A DNA stretch of 63,913 bases, filler included, from Intoshia linei (Eukaryota; Animalia; Orthonectida), in NCBI GenBank assembly GCA_001642005.1. It is 4 parts of 4 records of this genome, joined end to end, with 100 filler letters (N's around TTAATTAATTAA, not from the genome) between each part and the next. Parts side by side here need not be neighbours in the genome. Positions count along the whole stretch, not along the records: positions 21,783 to 52,992 come from LWCA01000345.1; positions 53,093 to 62,765 come from LWCA01001350.1; positions 62,866 to 63,913 come from LWCA01002830.1; 1 more part is not named here. One strand, 5' to 3'. Below the pieces are notes generated by a model. That model was not told the origin of the DNA. It ran no database searches and was given only the letters and a program-made list of their open reading frames with translations. Below are positions 49,601 through 63,913 of the stretch, piece after piece; position 1 is the stretch's first letter, and each line of letters starts with the position of its first letter. The translations under genes were made by a program, and so were the position numbers.

Positions 49601-52600
49601 TTTGATGTCTTTACTTATTTTTTTACTATAAGTACATAAATTGTATAAGTTAAAATAGACATCATTTTTATTTGCAAACAATATAAAATTTAAAATAATT
49701 AAATCGATGAATATTTATCCTCTCTAAATGAAATTATGGAAATTAACACATAAATGTTACAATAAATAAAAAATATAACTTTAATTGATATAATTTCAAT
49801 TATTTCTTAGTTGATTTTCATTTATTGGGTTTCCATATTTGGAGGTAAATTATGTTTTTTTAATTAATTTTTAATTTTTAGTTCATCTATTTTGGGTTTG
49901 ATTAAAGGTTAAATTACCCATACTCAACGTCAAAAAATACGAATAAAACTCAAAATGAATTTAACAAAAGCTATAATAAATGAAATGGAATTTAAAAAAC
50001 ATGATAACCCCACAAAAACACATATTCATGGAATTATCCAAAAATTGATAAAAAAACAAAATCCATATAAATAAAAAATATCAATAAAAAAGTCTACTAA
50101 ATTATAACAAATTCAATTATTTGCATTAATTGCAAGTATTATATTTGGGGATAATAAATATTCATCGATTTAGAAATTTTCAAATAGAAATTTGATAAAA
50201 TCATAAAATCCACAAGCAAATTGGTTATTTCATGAAATAAAAGGACTCCCTAATCCAGTGGATCCGGATTCAAATAGTGTACCGATTACCATTTCAAAAT
50301 ATTTATTTTTTTGGACCCCAAAGTAAACATGAAATATAAAACATTTATGAAAAAATTTAAGGTTTTTTCTTCCACAAGATTTAGTAAAATCGTTTTTCAA
50401 ACAAATATATGAAAAAAGGGATTTTTCTTAAGAGTTTGTAAAATTGAATTTTTTATTAAAACTTATTGCGCTGTAAATTTTATTAATGGTGGAATAAAAG
50501 TGGGGTTTTTGAAATAATAATTTAGGGATCGTATAGGCTTTAAAATATTTAATTTCAATCTTACGGACCCCAAACATAGAGTTTAGGACCCCTATGGGGT
50601 CTAGGGACCCCAATTTGGAGCCACTGTCTTAATCTATATATGTTGCTAATTCATCAAAAATTACATATCCGTAGTTTTCAATAATAATACATAATACTGA
50701 ATTTGAAAATTTTGCGTTGATGAGTGTGGTCAATGATTGAATTTTGGAATTAATTAGTATACTTCCAAAAATCATAGAAATATCATTTAAAAATCCTTTA
50801 TTTTTTTTGGATTTTATGTATATTCTAAAATGAAATAAGAATATTCATATAAATAATATAAACTATAATATAATACATATAAAATGTCTATTAGTACTAC
50901 CCAATCAGTTCCCGTGTTATGTTAGGTGTACTGCTTATTATTTTCTATAATTATATTTTATTATAATTATAATAGACCATAGACATTACATTTTCTATAA
51001 TATACAAGTACAATGTACTTGCCATGTCATAAGATTTTACAGTAAACATAATACATGCTAATAACATGACATATACCAATGGAGACCAAAATTATACATT
51101 TAAAAAAATTTAAAACTGGTCAAAAATTTACCACATGGATCTAGGTGAATTACCCCGGGTCTAATTTAAAATATGGGTTATTAAAAATTTTTGGTTATTT
51201 ATAGGATAGGATGGTAATTTATTGATTATATTATATATTATAATTTTATTTTATTATTCTAATTTACTAGTTAATATAAAAAACCTATAAAAATGATGAA
51301 ATACACATTTTACGGATTGATAATGTATTTGGTTCATTGAGTCAAGGCACACTAATATTAAATCAATTTGTTGTTCCTTATTTGAATGTTCTAAACAATA
51401 TCGAAAAATATAAATATTTTAATTACTAGCTGCTTTTATAATATTTTCATAATTTTCAAATGTGAATAGTGGCTCATTGAATGATCTAAACTTTGAAATA
51501 AAATGTAATGTAGAATGTCCAACCATGGGAAAACTTCGATGCGACAAAAATGTTAAGGGCATCAAAAAAATAAGATCATAGGGAACGGTTCATGTACAAG
51601 AAAGCTTTAGAGACAATGTTACATTTTAAAATCAATTTATTAAGCGAACCCGGAGAGGTTAATTTAAAAATTTGTAAAAAAATGCAATCTGTAATTTAAT
51701 TTAAGAAATTTAATTAATTCGCTATTAAAAATAACATAATAACAATGCATTGTTGCAATGTTGATGGAAGAACGCTAAAATGAACTTAACAATGTCCCAA
51801 TATTAAGACACCAACTTTTTTTTAAAAATGTAATGTACAGCAGATTTCTACAACTCGGTTCGAACTTGAAGTACGATTCAGCAAGATACATATTTCGTTC
51901 ACCGGATTGTTTTACGGACCGTGTTGCAGAACTTTAATGTACAGTACAATAAAAGTAAACTACCCTATATATAATTTAAACGTTGTTGTTAAAACTTTGA
52001 GGTTGTATTTTGAGAATGTATCGCTACTGATTGCAAAATTTCTATTTCCTAACAAGTCGGTAATAATTAAAAAAAATATATTAAATTACCTAAGTACTGG
52101 CACAGTTCATAAACTAGATCATTTTTATCTTCTTTATAAAGGTTGTTTAAACAAAATTCTAAAATTATATTTTAAATTAGTATTCAAATTATATGCTATT
52201 CCAATATTACATTATTATTATGTTTATGTTTAAGTGTATTATTTATGTTAAATTAGGCGCGTTAATTGCCAACTGAATTTTAATGAAAAAATCAAATCAT
52301 CAAATGATTTCTTATCCCTGATCCTCATTAATAGTTTTTCATGCAAAAAAGATTTAAAACAATTGATATAATTTCATAATTTACAATATACAATGTACAT
52401 TAAGGTAGTGGAGGGAATGTGTAGCGTTGTATAATATTAGTTTCTAATATAAATTCACTTAATTAAATTTATTTTTGGATTTCATATGAGTTTTGTGTTG
52501 CGCATAACATATGAGATAATTTTGTTTTCGCGTGTTTTACAGTCAAACTACTTTAATTTGAATATTCAATTTCAAATTCAACTTAGACTTTAAATTTTAA

Positions 52601-52883
52601 TGTAGTACAAAATGTAATAATAATATCGATTATAATTGCAATATATAATTACAAGTATTTTTATTAGTGTATATTACAATTAAAAGCCAAAATTTTATTC
52701 AAATTGAAGGAGTTTGACTGTACATAATATATTATTCATATTAATAATATACTTTAATTTTACCTCTGTTATCAATTTCATTTACCAAGCATTTTATTAT
52801 ATGCAATCCGTTGTCGTCTATATAAAAATTAATGTTTTATAATATTAAAAACCTAAGTGTTTCTTTGTAAATTTGCTAACAAC
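43629..52883 (-). CDS. 3' part of a GRAF-family (ARHGAP26/10/42-like) RhoGAP-SH3 gene; 5' end lost at the gap
   Basis: Terminal SH3 RAVTLFQCKAERDEELSFH..IKPSVELGWY..TGLVPENYIKFI*; GAP exons DDNGLHIIKCLVNEIDNR, ELCQYLR-SFNEPLFTF..IIKAA, MIFGSILI..INAKFSNSVLCIIIENY; Pro-rich linker exons. Confidence 0.8.
45211..46175 (+). mobile_element. hAT element with transposase C-terminal remnant and a nested hAT MITE (45603-45902)
   Basis: TAGGGCA/TGCCCTA ends with near-perfect 8-bp TSD (A/G)TTATAAC; TTNSVERSFSLLK dimerisation motif; inner CAGGGG..CCCCTG with TSD TACTACA(A/T). Confidence 0.8.
46447..47220 (+). mobile_element. 3'-truncated Helitron copy
   Basis: Starts TCCTTACTTATATA, homologous to the 27379 family; ~48-bp internal tandem duplication. 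Confidence 0.7.
47721..47941 (+). repeat. Degenerate ~28-bp minisatellite (GGAAAAATCCAGTTTTACCAATCCTTAA)
   Basis: About 8 tandem units; related arrays elsewhere in the window. Confidence 0.8.
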
Positions 52884-52992
52884 CTATAAAATTTTAAATA
52901 TTATATAATATGCTTATATTAAATATTAAATATTTAATATGATTAAATAATATGCTCATCAGTGTCAAGACCAGGGTGTCAATTATGCGGCC

Positions 52993-53092
52993 NNNNNNNN
53001 NNNNNNNNNNNNNNNNNNNNNNNNNNNNNNNNNNNNTTAATTAATTAANNNNNNNNNNNNNNNNNNNNNNNNNNNNNNNNNNNNNNNNNNNN
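52993..53092. other. Assembly gap with stop linker
   Basis: N-run with TTAATTAATTAA. Confidence 0.97.
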
Positions 53093-53447
53093 GACCATAT
53101 ATCCATGATTGTAGTGAAAATTGATATAATATGAACGGCACACTTACCCCAATTAATATTAAATTTGCAATGGCAATATTTATGTATAACAAAGCCGAGA
53201 ATAATCTTTTTTCTCTTACTATTGCGATTAGCATGCAAATTGCAATGATGCTAAATACTACTCCAATCATTATTTCAAATCCAAACAATGATGGTGCAAT
53301 TATTTTCGTTAGATGATTATATTCAACAATATAATTCTGATCAAGAATAATTCCAGTGTAATTTACATTTCCCACATTGGTCAAATTTTTGGTAATCGGA
53401 ATCAATGTTGTCAAACTGGTTGTTGACCCAGCTAAAGTTGTAGCCAT
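53093..53447 (-). CDS. Rhodopsin-like (class A) GPCR, N-terminus to ECL1; cut by the gap
   Basis: N-glycosylation sites (NLT, NYT), TM1, TM2 YINIAIANLIL..VPF, ECL1 SWIYG (WxFG-like). Confidence 0.7.
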
Positions 53448-53924
53448 TTATATCAAAATCAGTATAAAATAGAAATGTCAAAAAGTAAAACAAAATGAAA
53501 ATGACAACGCGCAATTACTTTTTATTCAGTAAAAGTATTGTATTTATTAATGACTAAAACAACGTAGTATATTTTTTTATGACTAAAAAATTAATTTTAG
53601 CACATTATAAGTAAATGTATTAATATAATTACACACAAGAAAAAAGCATTATTTTCACTTAAAAATTAAAATACATTTTTTACTTTTATAACCAACATTC
53701 AAAGTAGATTTTAGAAATTTTTAGTATTTCATTTAAATAATGAATATAAATTTCATTGAAAAAAAGTTTTGACATTTATTCTAAGAATTATAAAAAAATT
53801 ATAATTAAATAAAAAAATCAATAAGTTTATAAACCCTTTAATTTCTAAAATAAATTCATGGCATATTAACGTAACTTACATTAATGTTAGTGATAAAGTT
53901 TACATAGAAATACATGCAAAATAT

Positions 53925-55049
53925 TTAATTATCTTCGACATTAAAACCCTTTTTACATACATAGATTCCATCCAAAAACTTTCTATAATCTAATCCATGC
54001 TTAGGTTTTGCACTTTGTTGAATTGTAGATGCTATATAAATATTTATATTAAAATTTAAAAAAACATTATAAAATTAATGTAAGGCTGATGTACCTGATG
54101 CATAAGTCGATGTGTTCAAAGACTTCATTATTGCCAACAAAATTATATTTATAGAATCACACCAACTTGTACGATAATATCAATTAAAACATTAATATTA
54201 AGAGTCAAAAATCAATAGTATTGGGAATACTCAGTTGTCGGGTCTGGAGAACCACAGTGGGACCGATCAGATATAATTTTTAAGCCCAATATATAAATTT
54301 AAAAAAAAATTAATTTATTTATTCATTGTTCAAGCGATGACTTTTTTTCAATGTCACTCTTCTGTAGTAAAATAATTTCACTCCATAAAATGAAAATTTT
54401 TAATTTTTAACAGTAGACCCAGGGTATGGTTCCAAACACTACAATATAACAATTGAAATTAAATATATTTTACCTGCGCCGGTAACTAATTCAATATTAG
54501 TGCCACTCAAAATGATTTCATTGTTAGTTTCTTCGTCGTGTTTACATTCGACATGTCTAGGTAATAAAAATTTCATAGATTCATGAGAACCCAAGTAATT
54601 TTTAATTTCCACGTGACATCTATCTTTTCCAGTCAAAACAAGTGTAATGGGAAAGTGAGCGAAAGCAATTTTCATTCTAACTTCATATCCCTAAATATTA
54701 CAATTATAATTTCACAATGGATCAAAATGATTCAAAATTAAAAAATTAAAATGAATTACTCTCAACACACCGTTGATCATGTTTTCTATGTGGGATGCAA
54801 TAGTTTTGACAGCAGCCAAATCTTTCTTCATTCCGAAATATTTTCTAACAATAACAACGCCTTTAGAAGGTCTTTCCAAAAAAATGGTTAAATGTCTAAA
54901 CGATCTGATAAGTCGTCCTTTAGGACCCTTAACTTGAACGACTCTTTTGGAGATTGTCAATTCAACTAAATAAATTTATCACAAATTAAACTATTTCACT
55001 AACCTTCATCAGGTATTATAACTTTTTTTTCAGAACAAATGGTTCTCAT
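53925..55049 (-). CDS. RPL9: 60S ribosomal protein L9 (uL6), 4 exons
   Basis: MRTICSEKKVIIP, VKGPKG.L.RSF.H, SHIENMINGV, AHFPI, RKFLDGIYV. Confidence 0.93.
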
Positions 55050-55188
55050 TTCTAATTATATTTAATACAATAAATTTATACAAAAAGTCAGTTCACACGC
55101 TGTACCTATTATCGTCTATCTCTACAATAAATTTGTATAAAAATATCAATATGAATCGATATTTATTAAGTGAAAATGTATGTAATTT

Positions 55189-56136
55189 ATGCTAAATTTT
55201 GTGCGTGGTAGTGTCAAATATTTATCTTATATTACTTGGCTTAATAAAAATAGAATGGAAAAAACGGACAAAATTTTAAATGGCACAAAAATAGCCCAAG
55301 ACATAAAGAGTGATTTAAAAAACACTTTAAAGAATTATCCGTCATTGAAATGTTGTTTCAAGGTAATTCAAGTTGGCGGAAGGAAAGACTCGGAAGTTTA
55401 TATTAACCAGAAATTGAAAGCAGCCAAAGAATTAGGAATAAAATGCGAGTATGTACATTTAGACACAAATATCAGTCATAAAGGTTTAATGGACATTATT
55501 ACAGATTGCAATCAAGATAAAAGTGTACATGGTTTTATGTTGCAATTACCTTTTCAAAGTTCTGAGAACTTGAATGAAAATGATTTTCTATCCAAAATTG
55601 ACAAGAGTAAAGATATTGATGGTTTGTCTTATGAATCTACTGCAAAGATTGCAACTGGTTTACACAACGAATGCACAATACCTTGTGCAGCACAAAGTTG
55701 TTTGATACTCATCAAAGAAACTAATACCAATGTAATTGGTAAACATGCCGTTGTGTTGGGTAGATCTAAAGTTATTGGAATGCCTATAGCCAATATTCTG
55801 TCGTGGTTAGATGCCACTGTCACATTGTGCCATAACAAAACTGTTGATATTGAAAACATCATTTCCCAGGCAGATATTTTAATTATAGCTATTGGTTGTG
55901 CAAAATTTGTAAAGGGCGCTTGGATTAAAGAAGGGGCTATTGTTATTGATTGTGGTATAAATTATTTACCGGATACATTTAAAAAAAATGGATATCAGAT
56001 TATTGGAGACGTCGATTTTGATCAAGCTTATCCTCGTGTTTCATACATTACACCTGTTCCAGGTGGTGTCGGTCCCATCACTGTCGCTTGTTTATTGAAA
56101 AATGTTGTCAAATTAGCAATTCAGCAACAAAATTGA
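55189..56136 (+). CDS. Methylene-THF dehydrogenase/cyclohydrolase (FolD; MTHFD1 N-terminal type), intronless; true start may be 55255
   Basis: ILNG.KIA, IQVGGRKDSEVYINQK (YxxxK), KDIDG, GRSKVIGMP, VIDCGINY, ITPVPGGVGPITVA. Confidence 0.93.
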   Translation: MLNFVRGSVKYLSYITWLNKNRMEKTDKILNGTKIAQDIKSDLKNTLKNYPSLKCCFKVIQVGGRKDSEVYINQKLKAAKELGIKCEYVHLDTNISHKGLMDIITDCNQDKSVHGFMLQLPFQSSENLNENDFLSKIDKSKDIDGLSYESTAKIATGLHNECTIPCAAQSCLILIKETNTNVIGKHAVVLGRSKVIGMPIANILSWLDATVTLCHNKTVDIENIISQADILIIAIGCAKFVKGAWIKEGAIVIDCGINYLPDTFKKNGYQIIGDVDFDQAYPRVSYITPVPGGVGPITVACLLKNVVKLAIQQQN

Positions 56137-56226
56137 TAAAGTATATAAATTTACATTTTTGTTAATAAATTTATTTATATTTGATAAACAAGTTTTTTAA
56201 TGTAATAATACAAATGTATTTACAAG

Positions 56227-60941
<4,715 letters not shown>

Positions 60942-61212
60942 CTAAATCAGATTTATATTAGGTTTTTAGATTTTATCACTCTTTTATATAATTGTTGTGA
61001 TATTGCACATTCCTGGTGTAAATGTGACATTATCTCTGAGGGAGTGCTTCTCAAAATAACAAATGTTGTAAACCCAAAATTCAAAAAATATTTATCATGA
61101 AACCACTAAAATATTTACATGTAAATATTAATCATATTTTTAATTAGGCAATTTTTTTCTTAATTTTTAATTTAATTTCCAAATTATTTTTTGCATTCAC
61201 TATATACTATTG

Positions 61213-61810
61213 CTAGGTTGACTGTTATGTACTACGTATAAACAAAACCTAACTCTGCTGAGGGCACAGTTTTTATTATATTACATTAAATTTTCAAAAA
61301 AAATGACTATATAAATATAGAATATCTATATACTTATAAAATAAATTCACGTTGAAAATCTAACTTAAAAATCCTACTATTCACTATTATCCATAAACAA
61401 GTGGTTCCCAAACTTGTTTCAGGTGGAACCATCATATGACATTACTATTGAAAATCTAACTTAAAAATCCTACTATTCACTATTATCAATTCTTTAAAGG
61501 AAAAAATAAATTCACGTTGAAAATCTAATTTAAAAATCCTACTATTCACTATTATCAATCCTTTAAAGGAGTGGTTCCCAAATTTGTTTCAGGTGGAACC
61601 ATCATATCACATTACTTTATACTTTAAAGTGAATTATTTCATCTTAATTTTTTGTTTGTATAACATTTGCGTAAAGAATTTTAAAAACAATTATCCCATT
61701 TTTTAATTTATTAGACTAGGACTATTATTAGATTAGCATCAATATTTACATTTTCAATTTATATTTTAATAGAAATACATTAGTATTTGAAAATATTGGT
61801 TGATAACACT
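61213..61810 (-). mobile_element. Helitron 3' fragment with internal tandem repeats
   Basis: CTAGGTTGACTGTTATGTACTACGTA is the reverse complement of the 28785 terminus; ~40-bp unit repeated 3x, homologous to 28400-28750. Confidence 0.65.
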
Positions 61811-62040
61811 AAATGACACTGAAAAATCATCCCTAACAATATTTATATCTTTCCATTCCGGAATATGAAAATATAAATGTAATATTAGATCTAATTAATG
61901 CATAAATTAATATTTTGTAAAAAAATAATAAACACTTAATATTTCAATTTAATAAAGTTTAATTACATCATTATCGTTTAAAAAAATAGAAGAAAGCAAT
62001 AATTAATTAATTAATTAAGCATTTAAGTAATTACCACCAC

Positions 62041-62760
62041 TCAATTACAAAATTTTCTTTTTCTTCTTTCTGTTGTTTTTAAAACTTTTTGGTCACTAGT
62101 TTTTACTGATAATAACCCTTTCATGAAACAATTTTCTAACCTACGCAAACATTTTGTTTTTGTCATGTCATCCAAAACCAAAGAAAAAAAGCCGTTATCA
62201 TAGATTATGAAAAAAATTTTGATTAAAAAGTTGATGCATTTTTTAGACTGCATTTCTAAAAAAATTTATAGCAATATTGGGAAAAAAATTACAGTTCAAA
62301 ATTAATAATAATGATAAAACCTAAACCTCATTAATGCTTTACCGTACACTTCGTCAACGAGTCAAACACAATAGTTTTGTAGTGGAGCTAATTCATTGAA
62401 AACGGATAAAATAAAATGATTCGATTCATTACTCGAACCTATTGAATGTAAATGTTTAAAATATTTTGTTATTGTTTTTGAATGGGGTAGAGAAAGTAGT
62501 TTACGGACTTCTTGATAAGCACTGTTCCCATGCCGAAAAAAATTTATTACAATAGAAAGTATACTAACACTGTATCTACGATTGGTTGGATATATCAAAA
62601 TTATTTTTAGCTGTTCAATGAAAAAAACCATTTTTTTTGTTGTCAGAATCATTCATTTCTTTTATAAAAATTTCAGAAATTATCTTTTCAAATGCTCCCA
62701 CTTCAGTAATATAATCTGGTTTTAAAGTTGAACAAAAGTGTAACACTGCATCTAGTTGAC
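62041..62760 (-). mobile_element. P-element/THAP9-like transposase remnant
   Basis: NRRYS..SAYQEVRKLLSLPHSKTITKY...CV*LVDEV matches the P-transposase N-core. Confidence 0.7.
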
Positions 62761-62765
62761 TCCAT

Positions 62766-62865
62766 NNNNNNNNNNNNNNNNNNNNNNNNNNNNNNNNNNN
62801 NNNNNNNNNTTAATTAATTAANNNNNNNNNNNNNNNNNNNNNNNNNNNNNNNNNNNNNNNNNNNN
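62766..62865. other. Assembly gap with stop linker
   Basis: N-run with TTAATTAATTAA. Confidence 0.97.
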
Positions 62866-63720
62866 TTTCAATACAATTATTGTCGTTTTTATTTAATTCT
62901 TTGACATTAACACAATCATTTTCATCTTTGTCATTTGCATGCATCAATATAAAATTCATACAAAGTCTGATATTACAACCACTAAAATCTACAATTTTTT
63001 CAATAGTATTTCGATTCATTTTGATATTGAGCACACTACAATTTTTTGATATTCTTGAAATTACTTCCCTTTTTGAAGGAAATTCTAGTTTAATTTTGAT
63101 TACGAAATTACGTATATGTTTGAATTTTGTATCATAAATATCTTTGCAAATGATTATAATTGGCCTTAATATTTGATGCTTTGATTTTACATTGAAATTT
63201 ATAAGATTTCCTAAATGAGTTACACATTTCGTTGGATATGTATCAAATTCGTCCAGAATTAAACATTGACGTTTAGTGGAAAATATAGTGGGTTGATTAG
63301 AACAATGGAGTTTTATCAAATTTGATATAGTATTTGTATTTTTCTCTATATCTGGATCAATATCTTTGGGGATATAACCGCAGTGCCTACTAATAATATT
63401 AGCCATGGTAGTTTTTCCAACCCCACATGGACCATATATAACCATTACTTTATATTTAGGGAATTTTTCATTTTCAATCTCAAAAAATTTAAGTAAACTT
63501 TCATTTATTTGCATTCGTTGTATATTTAATAAAGGCTTATTAAAAACAACCTTGTCCCAACTTTTCATCCATAGTAATGCCATTCTATTTGTATCCTAAA
63601 ATAATTTGTTTTAATTGTCACAATATTAATATTAAAATATATATTACACCATCACTTATCAAATCCACATACTTCGATGGTTCGTTTATATTCTGATTTT
63701 GTTTATTGTTTATATTCAAA
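62866..63720 (-). CDS. CHTF18: Chromosome transmission fidelity 18 (RFC-like AAA+), partial
   Basis: PSKYVDLISD, LLWMKSWDKVVF, Walker A GPCGVGKTT, CLILDEFD, RPIIIICKDIY, NIRLCMN. Confidence 0.88.
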
Positions 63721-63913
63721 CTATACCATAAATTAGTTTAATAACATAATAACTAATATTCTGAAACATTTGGTATAACATAATATCAATAAAAGTTTTG
63801 ATTGAGGCTTTAATATTATTAATAAAAGTATTGTATAGGTATAACAGGTCACTCAAAATATTAGGTGATCTAGAGTCTAGAAATTCGGATTACTTTTAAA
63901 TTATATCAATTTA

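Noticed and set aside
54083-54136. Hairpin in RPL9 intron as snoRNA, SECIS or 5.8S-like sequence
   Set aside because: No C/D boxes on the sense strand, no complete SECIS core, only a short chance resemblance to 5.8S
61350-61610. Repeat-spacer-like pattern suggesting CRISPR
   Set aside because: Intervening sequences are themselves repeated, no cas genes, lies inside a Helitron fragment

Overview
Very AT-rich, compact animal genomic DNA with many 30-45 nt spliceosomal introns. Tiny introns, fast-evolving proteins and low GC suggest a reduced parasite such as an orthonectid (inference). The window is four contigs joined by N-gaps that carry an artificial TTAATTAATTAA linker. Genes, several missed by the ORF track because of introns: 5' part of a Trio/Kalirin/SESTD1-type Sec14 gene (-), DHX33-like helicase (+), DNAL4 (+), TNFAIP8 (-), SURF1 (+), 3' end of an unknown gene (-), a possible decayed polycystin/REJ-like gene (-), GALNT (-), MPI (-), GTF2H2 (-), a GRAF-like RhoGAP-SH3 gene (-), a class A GPCR fragment (-), RPL9 (-), a stand-alone MTHFD1-type dehydrogenase/cyclohydrolase (+), RIOK2 (-) and CHTF18 (-). 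Long introns and the 16-31 kb region are filled with DNA-transposon debris (Tc1, mariner, pogo, MULE, hAT/hATm, P, piggyBac-like MITEs, non-autonomous Helitrons), often nested. I cannot demonstrate a clearly new biological system. Best leads: convergent genes with stops 11-22 nt apart, a MULE bracketed by 80-bp direct repeats, a split C1-THF synthase, a degenerate GRAF GAP domain, a recurrent TTGTCAT promoter-like motif and a candidate ncRNA island. All gene calls come from manual translation and remembered family motifs, not database searches.
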